Source of the DNA: Methanofastidiosum sp. | GTDB taxonomy: Archaea; Methanobacteriota_B; Thermococci; Methanofastidiosales; Methanofastidiosaceae | Assembly: GCA_020854815.1 (NCBI GenBank) | Contig: JAHKLW010000043.1 | Span: 3,170 to 67,169, forward strand | Length of the DNA stretch: 64,000 nucleotides | Reading direction: 5' to 3' | Shown here: positions 47,909-58,912 of the stretch, in pieces | How the letters are laid out: the number at the start of each line of letters is the position of its first letter | How positions within the stretch are numbered: the first letter of the stretch is position 1 | The notes under the pieces: model-generated | The model's input: only the letters and a program-made list of their open reading frames with translations | Databases searched by the model: none | Told to the model about the DNA's origin: nothing | Program-made: the position numbers and the translations under genes

Positions 47909-48477
47909 TTGCCTTTTCTTAAAGATCTAAAGGTTCCCATAAATCGCTTTTTCTTTAAGGGGATTCCTACAAATTCTTCTTTGCTTACGGATTTGACATC
48001 TTCAATTGAAACAAAGGAATTTGGCGCATACTTATCGATAGCTTCGTATATAGGCTCAAGTTTCTTTCTTTTTATGACAGTAAATAATATCTTTACTTCA
48101 CCTTTTTTGCCATATGCATCAACAATTGTGACACCACATTTTTCTTTTCTTAAGAAATCAATGATCTTATCGGTATTCTCTTTAGTAATTATTCTTGCAA
48201 TTACATGTCCAACGGCAAGCCTCTCTTCTATTACTATTCCAACATAATTTCCCGCTGCAAAGCCAGCAGCGTATGCCAAATAATGTATTATGCTATTGAC
48301 ATTCTGCATGACTTGGCCAATAACATTAATCCAGATAAATACTTCAAAAAACCCAACAATAGGTGCAAGTTTCTTAAGATTCTTTGATACAAATATGATT
48401 CTCATAGTGCCAAGACTAACATCTAGCACTCTTGCAAGAAAGATTAGTAGGGGTAATAGCCAGAACATCATATCCAT
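47905..48477 (-). CDS. UPF0316/DUF2179 family membrane protein
   Basis: N-terminal TM segments plus C-terminal DUF2179-like domain (GVTIVDAYGKKGE). Confidence 0.5.
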   Translation of the reverse strand: MDMMFWLLPLLIFLARVLDVSLGTMRIIFVSKNLKKLAPIVGFFEVFIWINVIGQVMQNVNSIIHYLAYAAGFAAGNYVGIVIEERLAVGHVIARIITKENTDKIIDFLRKEKCGVTIVDAYGKKGEVKILFTVIKRKKLEPIYEAIDKYAPNSFVSIEDVKSVSKEEFVGIPLKKKRFMGTFRSLRKGK

Positions 48478-48627
48478 CTAAACGCCTTTGAATACAGCAT
48501 TTTCAATTAGTTTATAAGGATTTACTTACTAATCTAAATACTATACATAAAAGCTACTTATAAGTCATTAATATTTCTTCTAAGTCGAAATATTTTTAAG
48601 CAAGAATTTATTAATCTTGTTGATATC

Positions 48628-49266
48628 ATGCCCAAAGTATTTCCAGATTACAGAGAAGAAGCTAAGAACAGAATAGTAAAAGAATCTGTAAAGTTCTTTT
48701 CTGAAAAAGGATACCACAAAACTAAGATGGCAGAAATCGCCGAAGGTCTTGGTGTCAGTAAAGGAGCAATATACCAGTATTTTAACAGTAAGGAAGAACT
48801 GTTTTTAGAGGTAATCAAATATTACGTTGAATACACTCAGAAAGAGTTAGTATCGTTCCTAGATTTAAAGGAGCCTCAAAATATATCCACGGATGAATTT
48901 TTTGATATTATGTTTAACATTGAGCAATCGCAATCAGTTGAGAATCTTAATCTTTTAGACAGATTATTCCCGCCTCTTGATTTTAATCTAGCTATCTCTG
49001 AGCTAATGACCAGTAACCCTTCTCTGAAGAAAGAAATGACAAAGTACTATAAAGATTCAATTAAATTAATGGCTGATTACTTTGAAGACTATAAAAAAAG
49101 AGGAGTTATCAAAAAAAACTTGGATACATTCTCCCTATCTATGGGGATAGCATCTCTCCAAGATGGGCTCATGGCTGCAATACAAATGGGGATAGAAATA
49201 TCAGAAATAAGAAAAACCTGGAAAGAAATCACTGAAATGATGTTAAAAAGTGCTTTGGTAGATTAG
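48628..49266 (+). CDS. TetR family transcriptional regulator
   Basis: HTH KMAEIAEGLGVSKGAIYQYFNSKEELF. Confidence 0.8.
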   Translation: MPKVFPDYREEAKNRIVKESVKFFSEKGYHKTKMAEIAEGLGVSKGAIYQYFNSKEELFLEVIKYYVEYTQKELVSFLDLKEPQNISTDEFFDIMFNIEQSQSVENLNLLDRLFPPLDFNLAISELMTSNPSLKKEMTKYYKDSIKLMADYFEDYKKRGVIKKNLDTFSLSMGIASLQDGLMAAIQMGIEISEIRKTWKEITEMMLKSALVD

Positions 49267-49274
49267 TATTTAAT

Positions 49275-49496
49275 TCAACGCTTCTTCCATGCAATAGAGA
49301 TTAATATAACTGCAACTAGAAACTGTACAAGAGACAACATTGATACAACTCCTTTTATAATTCCAATTTCAAAAAATCCCATTAAAACAACGACCACCTC
49401 TATAATTGAAATTACAAAGAGTATTATTGCTAATCCAAATATAAATTTGGATATGTCTTTTTTCTTTGTTATGATATCTTCAATTGGATGGATCAT
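49275..49496 (-). CDS. Small two-TM membrane protein
   Basis: 73 aa, hydrophobic. Confidence 0.3.
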   Translation of the reverse strand: MIHPIEDIITKKKDISKFIFGLAIILFVISIIEVVVVLMGFFEIGIIKGVVSMLSLVQFLVAVILISIAWKKR

Positions 49497-49649
49497 ATCA
49501 TCTTCAAGATTAATCTTTTCTTTGCTTTTTGTCTTAGAAACATGATTAATATTCTTTTTTATCTTTAATAAATTTTCTTATTGGAATAGATTCCAATAGG
49601 TTTAAATTTAGATTAATTCTATGAATTAAAAATACCAAATGTTTGACAA

Positions 49650-50468
49650 ATGATATATATGGAGAATATTCCCTTTTCAGTCAGAATGCTTTCAAAACTA
49701 TTTCCACTCAGATTCTTCTTTGCAAAATTTACTAAGTTACCTTTGATTGGAAACGTAATGGATAAAATGTTTTTTGAGAATGATAGACTCTTCTATATCC
49801 CAAAAGATAAAGTAATCACGATCAATCAGAAAATCGATGAAGATGACTCAATTTTAATTCCCTCTGAGATTTTAAATTATTATATAGATAGATCAAAGCA
49901 TCACGTCATAATGAATTTCTGTATATGTAGAAAGTCGAAGAAATGTGAACATTACCCCCAAGACTTTGGTTGTCTGTTCCTTGGTGAGGCTGCATTAAAT
50001 ATAGACCCAAAACTTGGAAAACTGGTAACGAAAAATGAAGCAAAAGAATACGTAAAAAAATGTCGTGAAGCTGGACTTGTTCATTTAATTGGTCGAAATA
50101 AGCTAGATTCCGTATGGTTAAAGGCTAAGCCTCCAGAGAAGTTGCTTACAATATGCAACTGTTGTGAGTGCTGTTGTCTTTGGATGATGTTACCGAATCT
50201 CTCTAACGAAATCGGCTCTAAGGTAAAAAAGCTATCAGACCTTGAAATCCACGTATCTGAAAAATGTACAGGATGCAAAAAATGTGTTGAAGTTTGTTTT
50301 GTCAAGGCCATAGAAGTTCACGATACAAAGGCCCAAATAAACGATAATTGTAGAGGGTGTGGGCGATGCGTCGATGTGTGCAAATTTAATGCTATTACAA
50401 TTTATCTTGCTAAAAACTCTTTAGAAGACTCTATTAGTAATATCTCTGATACTATAGAGTTATCCTAA
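49650..50468 (+). CDS. Cys-rich Fe-S protein with two C-terminal 4Fe-4S ferredoxin motifs
   Basis: CTGCKKCVEVC and CRGCGRCVDVC, plus a CNCCECCC cluster. Confidence 0.5.
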   Translation: MIYMENIPFSVRMLSKLFPLRFFFAKFTKLPLIGNVMDKMFFENDRLFYIPKDKVITINQKIDEDDSILIPSEILNYYIDRSKHHVIMNFCICRKSKKCEHYPQDFGCLFLGEAALNIDPKLGKLVTKNEAKEYVKKCREAGLVHLIGRNKLDSVWLKAKPPEKLLTICNCCECCCLWMMLPNLSNEIGSKVKKLSDLEIHVSEKCTGCKKCVEVCFVKAIEVHDTKAQINDNCRGCGRCVDVCKFNAITIYLAKNSLEDSISNISDTIELS

Positions 50469-50524
50469 AAACATAATAAGTCAAACTAAATCTTTATATA
50501 GAAAATAGCTACATATCGTTAATT

Positions 50525-51853
50525 ATGTATGTAATAGTCGTAGGTGGTGGCCTTACTGGTTTCAATATTGCAAAGCTTCTTGTTGAAGAAGGTATTGGCG
50601 TCGTTGTTATAGAAAAGGATCTTGTAAGGTGTCAAGAAATTTCAAAAAAGATAGACGCTCTTGTTATACAAGGCAACGGCTCAAATCCTAAAGTTCTTGT
50701 TGAAGCTGGCGCAAAAGATGCTGATCTTTTGGTAGCAGTTACTAATTCTTCTGAAGTTAATTTAATATCATGCATAACGGGAAAAAATCTTGGAGCTAGA
50801 AAAACAGTTGCAAAGATTGCAATCGAATATAATTTCACAGAAGATATTGATCTGACTAAAGTCGGAGTAGACTATTCCTTCTCACCAGGTACCATTATCG
50901 CTTATGATGTTGAAAGAATTCTAGAACTTCCAAGTGCTCTTGCAATTCAGGCTTTAGCTGAAGGAAAAGTAACAATGGCAGAATTCTTAGTCAAAAGTGA
51001 CTCTAAATACATAGGTAGGGCCTTAAAAGAAAAAATATTTCCAGATGAAACAATAATAGGTGCCGTTCTTAAAGATGAAGATACGATAATACCTACAGGA
51101 GATTATACTTTTGAAGAAGGTGACAAAACTTTCATTTTGGGTAAACCAAAACTAGTTGAGAAAGTTATAGAAAGATGTAGTGACTGCCAAAGAATCAGAA
51201 AAGTAATGATAGTTGGTGCAAGTAATACTGCCGTTCAACTTGCAAAAATGCTTGAAAGAAGTATGTCAGTGAAACTTATTGATAGTGATGCAAAAAGATG
51301 TGAAGAAATATCCAAAATCTTGCAGAAAACTTTAGTGATAAAGGGGGACATAATGGATCTTTCCCTATTGAAAGATGAAGGAATTGGAGATGTAGATGCT
51401 TTCATTTCATTAACTAAATATGACCAATTAAATTTATTTTCATGCTTGATAGGCAAATATTTGGGAGCTTCAAAAACAATTGCAAGAGTTGAAAATATTG
51501 AATTGATTAAATTCTTTGAGGATATGGGAGTTGATATAGCCTTAAGCCCAAAAATATCTACAGCCGAACACGTTATGAGATTTATTAGAATGGGCGGCCT
51601 TAAATCACTTATAATACTTCCAACTGGTGAAGCTGAAATTATTGAACTATCCCCTACGAACAGCGCCAAAATTCTTGGGAAACCTTTAAGAGATATAAAT
51701 CTTCCAGAAGAGATCCTATTCTTGATTATCGTAAGGGGTGATAAGCTCATCATACCAAGAGGGGACGATATTATTCAAATAGACGACAAAGTCATAATAT
51801 CTGCAAAAGTAGAGAAAATTAAAAAGGTAAAGGAATTATTTGGACAATATTAA
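50525..51853 (+). CDS. trkA: Trk system NAD-binding subunit TrkA (two RCK domains)
   Basis: VIVVGGGLTGFNIAKLL and a second Rossmann motif VMIVGASNTAVQLAKML. Confidence 0.85.
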   Translation: MYVIVVGGGLTGFNIAKLLVEEGIGVVVIEKDLVRCQEISKKIDALVIQGNGSNPKVLVEAGAKDADLLVAVTNSSEVNLISCITGKNLGARKTVAKIAIEYNFTEDIDLTKVGVDYSFSPGTIIAYDVERILELPSALAIQALAEGKVTMAEFLVKSDSKYIGRALKEKIFPDETIIGAVLKDEDTIIPTGDYTFEEGDKTFILGKPKLVEKVIERCSDCQRIRKVMIVGASNTAVQLAKMLERSMSVKLIDSDAKRCEEISKILQKTLVIKGDIMDLSLLKDEGIGDVDAFISLTKYDQLNLFSCLIGKYLGASKTIARVENIELIKFFEDMGVDIALSPKISTAEHVMRFIRMGGLKSLIILPTGEAEIIELSPTNSAKILGKPLRDINLPEEILFLIIVRGDKLIIPRGDDIIQIDDKVIISAKVEKIKKVKELFGQY

Positions 51854-52252
51854 TTATTTCTTATTTTTATATGCTATGCAGGATATTTCTATGTCCGAGT
51901 TTTTTGGTAATTTTGATACCTCTACCGTAACTCTAGCTGGTTTTATAGTTGAGGTAAGTCTTTTCTCATAAATCTTATTAAATTTGTCAAAATTTCCAAT
52001 ATCTTTAAGATATACTTCTGATTTAACAATATCTTCAAGTGAAAGATTTTCTTCTTTTAGAATAGCTTCAATGTTGTCAAGTACAACTTCTGTTGCTTTT
52101 TCAATATTGTCTAGAATAAGTTCTCCGGATTTCTGAATCGGGATTTGGCCTGAAACAAATACAAAATCCCCTGCAAGTACCCCTTGCGAATATGGCCCAA
52201 CTGGAGATGGGGCATTGGTAGTTTTTAGTACTTTTTTCATATAAAACACCAT
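51854..52252 (-). CDS. ridA: RidA/YjgF family protein
   Basis: APSPVGPYSQG...FVSGQIP. Confidence 0.8.
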   Translation of the reverse strand: MVFYMKKVLKTTNAPSPVGPYSQGVLAGDFVFVSGQIPIQKSGELILDNIEKATEVVLDNIEAILKEENLSLEDIVKSEVYLKDIGNFDKFNKIYEKRLTSTIKPARVTVEVSKLPKNSDIEISCIAYKNKK

Positions 52253-52407
52253 GACCTAAATTAATCAATAATATGTGAATAACTATATTAAATTATTCTA
52301 TTGAAAAATAGTATGAAAGTATTAGTAAATAATATTGAGCGTGAAGGGCCTAGGCTTATTTTAAATAATTTTATAAATACTATAAATACTAAGATATACT
52401 AGATTAA

Positions 52408-53841
52408 ATGAGATTAAATCCAGTTTTGCATATACTAGGACAACTTCTCCAGATGGTTGGAATCTCAATGATAATTCCCCTACTGTGGGGAATATACTAT
52501 CACGAAGCTGAATCTTACATATTTTTAATTTGTTTTTTAATTACATTATTAACTGGTTCTTCTTTAAAATTAATTTTCAAAGAGGAGGATATTAGACTGA
52601 TTGAAGGATTTGGAGTCGTTTCTTTTTGCTGGATAATAATTCCTATTTTTGGCGCTCTTCCATTTTATCTCTCGGGAGAATTAAGTTTTATTGATGCATA
52701 TTTTGAAGCAATATCTGGATTTACAACAACAGGCGCTTCTGTTATTAACAATATAGAAATATTGCCAAAATGCATTTTATTTTGGAGATCTTTTACCCAC
52801 TGGTTAGGGGGTATAGGAATAGTTGTTCTTGCTTTGATAATACTACCCGCCCTTTCAGTTGGAGGCAGACAGATTTTTTTACCTGAACCGTCTGGACCAA
52901 AATTAGACAAATTAAAACCTCAAGTTAGAGAAGTTGGAAAAATTATATATGGAATATATATTTTGTTCACAGGCATCCAAATTGTTCTATTGACAATTGC
53001 GGGTATGACTCTTTTTGATGCATCTTGCCACTCTTTTGCAGCACTTGCAACTGGGGGCTTCTCAACTAAGAATGCAAGTATTGGATTTTATAATAGCTCA
53101 TTAATTGAAGGGATAATAATTCTGTTTATGTTTCTTGGTGCAACAAGTTTCTCTCTGCACTATGCGGCGTTAAAAGGAAAGATAAATTACTTAAAAGATA
53201 ATGAATTTATTTTATATTTCTCTATTTTGGCTTTTTCTATCCTCATCGTAACATTAGACATTACTTACCAACTACATGAAAATATTTTATTGGCTTTTAG
53301 ACATGCCATATTTAATGTAATAAGTATATCTAGCACTACAGGGTATGCAACGACGGATTTTAATTTATGGCCTGATCTCTCAAAATTGATACTGATTATA
53401 CTAATGCTAATAGGTGGGTGTGCCGGTGGAACGGCAGGTGCTATGAAAGTCTTAAGAGTACTTTTATTAATTAAAATAGGATTAAGAGAACTCTATAAAA
53501 TTATACATCCCAATGCAATCTTCCAGATTAAATTTAATGGTAAAATAATATCTGAAGATATTCTTCATGGCGTAGGAGGATTTTATTTTTTCTACATGGT
53601 CACTTTTGGCTTATGTAGTTTAATCATGCTTGGCTTTGGCAATGATTTTCTAACTTCTATTTCTTCCGTTGCTGCCACTTTAGGGGGGGTAGGGCCGGGA
53701 TTTAGCCTTGTTGGGCCGATGGCTACATATAGTTTTTTACATCCAATTGCTAAACTTGTTCTGTGCTTCTGTATGTTAGCGGGAAGGCTTGAGTTATTTA
53801 CATTGTTCGTATTATTTGTTCCAAGTTACTGGAGAGAGTAA
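52408..53841 (+). CDS. trkH: Trk/Ktr K+ transporter membrane subunit TrkH
   Basis: 477 aa polytopic protein with repeated GFTTTG/TGGFST selectivity-like motifs. Confidence 0.85.
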   Translation: MRLNPVLHILGQLLQMVGISMIIPLLWGIYYHEAESYIFLICFLITLLTGSSLKLIFKEEDIRLIEGFGVVSFCWIIIPIFGALPFYLSGELSFIDAYFEAISGFTTTGASVINNIEILPKCILFWRSFTHWLGGIGIVVLALIILPALSVGGRQIFLPEPSGPKLDKLKPQVREVGKIIYGIYILFTGIQIVLLTIAGMTLFDASCHSFAALATGGFSTKNASIGFYNSSLIEGIIILFMFLGATSFSLHYAALKGKINYLKDNEFILYFSILAFSILIVTLDITYQLHENILLAFRHAIFNVISISSTTGYATTDFNLWPDLSKLILIILMLIGGCAGGTAGAMKVLRVLLLIKIGLRELYKIIHPNAIFQIKFNGKIISEDILHGVGGFYFFYMVTFGLCSLIMLGFGNDFLTSISSVAATLGGVGPGFSLVGPMATYSFLHPIAKLVLCFCMLAGRLELFTLFVLFVPSYWRE

Positions 53842-53901
53842 ATTTAATAAGCTAATCAAAGAAATAGGGATAAGGTATTTTCGATTTCATGAGGGCTATC
53901 G

Positions 53902-55338
53902 ATGCGAACTAGAACTGTTCTAAAGATTATAGGAAGATTACTAATGATGATAGCTGTTTCGATGATATTCCCCGTAATATGGGCATTTTATTATGGAGAA
54001 GAAGAATTGCTCGTATTTATTGTTTCGATAGCGATAACATTTTTATTTGGATACGTTTTAAGTGAAATCAAAGAAAAAGGCGAAGGGCTAAGACTAATTG
54101 AAGGTTTAGGTGTTGTATCCTTAGGATGGGCTGCAATTTCAGCCTTTGGAGCCCTTCCTTTTTATCTATCGGGAACATTAGGATACCTTGATGCATACTT
54201 TGAAACAATGTCTGGTTTCACGACAACTGGTGCAACAGTTATTGTTAATATTGACATATTACCAAAATCAATTCTCTTTTGGAGGGCAATGACACAGTGG
54301 ATTGGAGGCATGGGGATCATTGTTCTTGCAGTGGCAATTCTCCCCGCACTTTCTATTGGAGGAATGCAAATGTTTAATGCAGAATCTCCAGGCCCAAAAC
54401 TTGACAAATTGAAACCACAAATAAGAGAAACTGCAAAGATATTATATGGGGTCTATCTTATTTTTACGGGTGCAGAAATCCTTCTTTTAATTGCAGGAGG
54501 TATGGGATTTTTTGATGCTTCTTGTCACACTTTTTGTACTCTCGCAACTGGAGGATTTTCAACAAGGAATGCAAGCGTTGCATATTATAACAGTCCTTTT
54601 ATTGAAGGAGTTATAGTAATATTTATGTTTTTATCTGGTGCCAACTTTATGCTTCATTATTCTGCATTAAGGGGAAAGCTAGATTACTTCAAAAACAAAG
54701 AATTTTTATTTTATACTTTAATTCTAATATCTTCAATTCTTATAATGACTGCAGATTTAAGATACAGCGTCTTTAATAATTTGAGTGATGCTTTTAGGTA
54801 CTCTTCTTTCCAAGCTACTAGTATAATGACCACTACCGGATTTACAACAAATAATTTTGATGCTTATCCGGCTCTTTCAAGGGTATTATTGATTGTTCTG
54901 ATGTTCGTTGGGGGCTGTGCGGCTTCAACAGGTGGAGGAATTAAAAATATTAGAGTCCTAATAATATTAAAATATTTTTACAGAGAGATTTATCAATTTA
55001 TCCATCCAAATGCAATTTTATCTATTAAAGTTGGAGAGGATACAATTCCCGAGGATGTTCTTAAAGGTATTATAGCCTTTTTTATAGGATATATGATAAT
55101 TTTTATTCTTTCAACGATAATTGTCACTGCATATGGAATTGATATAATAACGGCCATAGCGAGTGTTGCTGCGACTCTAGGTAATGTTGGCCCAGGTCTA
55201 GGGCTTGTCGGACCTATATATACATACGCATTATTGCCTAATTTAATAAAAATAGTACTTACCTTCTGTATGTGGGTCGGAAGGCTTGAAATATTCACAG
55301 TAATGGTTCTTTTTGTACCTGATTTTTGGAAAGAATGA
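53902..55338 (+). CDS. trkH: TrkH paralog (tandem)
   Basis: 478 aa, clearly paralogous to the upstream TrkH (same motif order). Confidence 0.85.
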   Translation: MRTRTVLKIIGRLLMMIAVSMIFPVIWAFYYGEEELLVFIVSIAITFLFGYVLSEIKEKGEGLRLIEGLGVVSLGWAAISAFGALPFYLSGTLGYLDAYFETMSGFTTTGATVIVNIDILPKSILFWRAMTQWIGGMGIIVLAVAILPALSIGGMQMFNAESPGPKLDKLKPQIRETAKILYGVYLIFTGAEILLLIAGGMGFFDASCHTFCTLATGGFSTRNASVAYYNSPFIEGVIVIFMFLSGANFMLHYSALRGKLDYFKNKEFLFYTLILISSILIMTADLRYSVFNNLSDAFRYSSFQATSIMTTTGFTTNNFDAYPALSRVLLIVLMFVGGCAASTGGGIKNIRVLIILKYFYREIYQFIHPNAILSIKVGEDTIPEDVLKGIIAFFIGYMIIFILSTIIVTAYGIDIITAIASVAATLGNVGPGLGLVGPIYTYALLPNLIKIVLTFCMWVGRLEIFTVMVLFVPDFWKE

Positions 55339-55342
55339 AAAA

Positions 55343-56449
55343 TTAAATTAATTCATTCTCAACAAGATTTATTGCTTCATCAATTTTTTTCTTTAAAGCA
55401 ATTGGCAATCCTTTGATTTCAATATCCAAGAAACCTCGAACAATAGCTGCTGTTGCTTCATCGCGAGTAAATCCTCTTGACATTAAATAAAATATTTCTT
55501 CTTCAGCTATTTTTCCAATTGCTGCTTCATGACTTAAGTCCACATTTGGATGTTTTGCTTCTAATTCAGGAATTGCAATTATACTCCCTTGTTCGGATAA
55601 CATCATACCCATGCACTCTAGGTGGCCCTTTGCATCAGGAGATTCTCCAATTATGTCCCCCCTAGAGTAAATAGTGCCACCCTTGCTGATAGCTCTAGAA
55701 AGTATTTCGGCACTGGAACCTTTTCCTTTGATTATAACACGGCTTCCAGTATCAATTATTGAATCTTCCATGGCCACCATTACACTACTCATTATTGCTG
55801 TGGAATTCTCACCATTTAGATGTACAGTGGGATACATTTGGACTATCTTTACGGGATTCATAATAATGTAGTTACTTATGTAAGTTCCACCATCTTCGAC
55901 TATAGCGGCACTTCTTGGTCTAACTTCAATGTTATTTTCCCAATTATGAATCATTGTGAAGGACAGTTTTGCATTCTTTTTAACATAAAATTCAGATATA
56001 CCAAGATGCATACCTGTTGTAAGTCCAGGGTGTGAGGCACACCCAGATATTATATTGAGTTCGGACCCTTCTTCAGCGACAATTATATTATGGACTTTCT
56101 GTTTCTTGGGAGATTTTAGGTATAGACAAGCTTCAACAGGAAAATCTACCTTAGTACCCGGGAGTGATCTGATAAAGTATCCATTTACATCTTCAACGTC
56201 AACTTCTTTTGTATATTCATCCTTATCTTTAGAAACTACTTTCCAGAAATAATCATGAAGCCAATCATACTTTTCGAGAGCTTGTTTGATTCCAATCATC
56301 TCTATGCCTGACGCAAAACTGGAAGATGTTTCAACATTTTGGTCTACTTGGAGAAATATTGCAGATCTCTTATCCTTATCCATTTCTATTCCGACTTTTT
56401 CAAGCTTATCTTTTACATCCTTCTCGAGTTTTGGAATCCTTTCAGGCAT
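55343..56449 (-). CDS. Fe-S cluster assembly SufB/SufD family protein
   Basis: 368 aa SufBD-type protein downstream of sufC. Start may be at MDKDK, about 56383. Confidence 0.7.
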   Translation of the reverse strand: MPERIPKLEKDVKDKLEKVGIEMDKDKRSAIFLQVDQNVETSSSFASGIEMIGIKQALEKYDWLHDYFWKVVSKDKDEYTKEVDVEDVNGYFIRSLPGTKVDFPVEACLYLKSPKKQKVHNIIVAEEGSELNIISGCASHPGLTTGMHLGISEFYVKKNAKLSFTMIHNWENNIEVRPRSAAIVEDGGTYISNYIIMNPVKIVQMYPTVHLNGENSTAIMSSVMVAMEDSIIDTGSRVIIKGKGSSAEILSRAISKGGTIYSRGDIIGESPDAKGHLECMGMMLSEQGSIIAIPELEAKHPNVDLSHEAAIGKIAEEEIFYLMSRGFTRDEATAAIVRGFLDIEIKGLPIALKKKIDEAINLVENELI

Positions 56450-57177
56450 TTTTCAACACACCCCTCGTAACCTTTCTTACTTATTTCTTCGAGCATATCA
56501 TAAGGATCGCCCATGCATGCGACCATGCCCTTGTAAAGAATTAGCCCATAGTCTGCATCAACATAATCTAGAATATGTCCCTGATGAGTAATAATAAGTC
56601 CAGATTTTTTCCTATCGTCTTTACTCTTTTTTCTGTGGAGTAGTTCGCCCATTGCATTTCCAATCAAAGCGATGTTTTCTAAATCGACCCCACTGTCTGG
56701 TTCGTCAAATAATACTAAGTCTGGATTTAAAGTCAATAGTTGAAGTATTTCAGAACGCTTTACTTCCCCTCCAGAAAACCCAACGTTTAAACTCCTATTC
56801 AAGAATTTTTCCATATTTAGCATTTGAGCATATTCATAGATCTTATTCTGGTCTGTACCACTCTGCTTTGCACAGTTAAGTAACATATCAATTAACTTAA
56901 CGCCACTTACCTTGGGGGGGTTCTGAAAACTAATGCCCATGCCCATTTTAACTCTCTGGTCAGTTGTTAGGTCATTAATATCCTGGCCTTTAAACATGAC
57001 CCTGCCATAAGTTATTTGAAATGCAGGATTTCCAATTAAGGTCATTAAAAGAGATGTCTTTCCATTGCCATTTGGTCCAAAAAGAACATAAGTCTGACCT
57101 TCCTTTATGTACAGATTCACATGATCAAGGATAGGATTGCCTTCTACCTCGGCTCCAAGATTTACAACTCTCAACAT
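56413..57177 (-). CDS. sufC: Fe-S cluster assembly ATPase SufC
   Basis: Walker A GPNGNGKTS, ABC signature FSGGEVKR, Walker B LVLFDEPDSG. Confidence 0.85.
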   Translation of the reverse strand: MLRVVNLGAEVEGNPILDHVNLYIKEGQTYVLFGPNGNGKTSLLMTLIGNPAFQITYGRVMFKGQDINDLTTDQRVKMGMGISFQNPPKVSGVKLIDMLLNCAKQSGTDQNKIYEYAQMLNMEKFLNRSLNVGFSGGEVKRSEILQLLTLNPDLVLFDEPDSGVDLENIALIGNAMGELLHRKKSKDDRKKSGLIITHQGHILDYVDADYGLILYKGMVACMGDPYDMLEEISKKGYEGCVEKCLKGFQNSRRM

Positions 57178-57275
57178 AGTTATCCCTGAAAGTTAAATAT
57201 GCAAAGGCTATTTATTTGTTGCTATTAATAATAATAAGGAAAAGTATTATATCACCTTAAATAAAGAATAATACA

Positions 57276-58358
57276 ATGACAAGGATAATAATGCATGTCG
57301 ATCTTGACTCTTTTTATGCTTCTCTAGAAGAAAACAGAAATATTTCTATAAGAGGTAAACCCGTTGTCATATGCGTTTATTCTGGTAGGACTGAAGATAG
57401 TGGTGCTGTTAGTACTTCAAATTACAGAGCCAGAGAATTAGGGATAAAAGCAGGAATGCCGATTATACTCGCAAAGAGGATTGCAAAAGGGAAAGATGTA
57501 ATATTTCTACCCGTTGATATGACTTATTACAGAGAAACATCCGAAAGAATAATGGATTTATTGGAAGATGAATCAGATATAATGGAACAGGTAAGTATTG
57601 ACGAAGCTTATTTAGATGTTACAGAAATGACAAAAGAAAGTTGGGATAGGGCAGTTGAAATAGCAAAAAAGATAAAAGTAAAAATAATCTTTCAAGAAGG
57701 ATTGACTGCATCAGTAGGCATATCTTCTAATAAGTTTGTTGCCAAGATGGCCTCAGATTCTCAAAAACCAAATGGATTAACTATTGTTAAAGAAGGGGAA
57801 ATAATATCATTTTTAGAAAAACTAAATGTCTCAAAATTACATGGGATTGGAGAAAAGACAACTAGTTCCTTAAATGAGCTGGGCATTCAAACTGCAAGTG
57901 ACCTTGCATCATATGATTTAAAAGAACTTGAGGAAATATTTGGTAAAAATAAGGCCAAATTACTTCACGATAAATCATTAGGTGTAGATGAGTCTCCCGT
58001 TAAACCTAGGGACAAGAAGCAACTTTCAAGAATAGGAACTTTAAAAGAAGATACAAAAGACAAAAATTTAATTTTGGAAAAGATAGTTGATTTATCAAAG
58101 GACATTGAACAGCGAATAATAAAAAACAATGTCTCATTTAGGACTGTATCCCTAATAACTATAGATACTGAATTAAAAACTCAAACAAAAAGTGAAACAA
58201 TACCAGAAACGAAGGATACTCAAAAAGTTGTTTCCGTTTCTAAACATCTTCTTGAAAAATACCTTGAGGAAAACGTTGATAAAAAACTTAGAAGGATTGG
58301 AATAAGAATTTCAAACCTAGAATTTTCTAAAAACCAGAAAACTCTTGATGAATTCTAG
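57276..58358 (+). CDS. dbh: Y-family DNA polymerase (Dbh/Dpo4/DinB-like)
   Basis: IIMHVDLDSFYASLE and SIDEAYLDV catalytic motifs. Confidence 0.85.
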   Translation: MTRIIMHVDLDSFYASLEENRNISIRGKPVVICVYSGRTEDSGAVSTSNYRARELGIKAGMPIILAKRIAKGKDVIFLPVDMTYYRETSERIMDLLEDESDIMEQVSIDEAYLDVTEMTKESWDRAVEIAKKIKVKIIFQEGLTASVGISSNKFVAKMASDSQKPNGLTIVKEGEIISFLEKLNVSKLHGIGEKTTSSLNELGIQTASDLASYDLKELEEIFGKNKAKLLHDKSLGVDESPVKPRDKKQLSRIGTLKEDTKDKNLILEKIVDLSKDIEQRIIKNNVSFRTVSLITIDTELKTQTKSETIPETKDTQKVVSVSKHLLEKYLEENVDKKLRRIGIRISNLEFSKNQKTLDEF

Positions 58359-58897
58359 TAATATATTCTATCACTGCTAACTCTCCCTTTTGAGAATACT
58401 ATATATTCATTTTCTAACAATTTCTTTTTCATCTCTAAACCTCCTTGAAATCCTCCAAGGCTACCATCAGATCTTATTGCCCGATGACAGGGTATAATCA
58501 AAGGAAATGGATTATTAGCAAGTGCATTTCCTACTGCTCTAGCACCTTTTGGAACACCTATTGATTTAGCTATTCTAGAATAAGTACTGACAAATCCTCG
58601 CGGAATATTATACTCTGCAATTAGTACTTTTTTCTCAAAATCGGTACAGATATCAAAATCTAAAATATCGAGATTAAATTTTATTTTTTCTCCTGAGATG
58701 AATCTATTTATTTGGGATGATAATTCTTCTAAAGAATTTGATTTTTTTGCATTGTGGTAGTCTTTTTTTATTGTTTGCATTAATAGAGTTTTATCCGTAG
58801 GAAGGAAGATTTTAATTACTTTTCGCTTATTATTCTCTTTCCAAACAATGCCAAATGTACCTAAGCAAGACCTTTTCAGGCAATAGAAATGCTGCAT
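58355..58897 (-). CDS. ogt: Methylated-DNA-protein-cysteine methyltransferase
   Basis: PCHRAI active-site motif. Confidence 0.85.
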   Translation of the reverse strand: MQHFYCLKRSCLGTFGIVWKENNKRKVIKIFLPTDKTLLMQTIKKDYHNAKKSNSLEELSSQINRFISGEKIKFNLDILDFDICTDFEKKVLIAEYNIPRGFVSTYSRIAKSIGVPKGARAVGNALANNPFPLIIPCHRAIRSDGSLGGFQGGLEMKKKLLENEYIVFSKGRVSSDRIYY

Positions 58898-58912
58898 AAA
58901 ATCTTTTTAGTA

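Noticed and set aside
52665-54407. Matching 81-aa minus-strand ORFs inside both trkH genes
   Set aside because: Their similarity simply mirrors the trkH duplication. They are antisense shadows.
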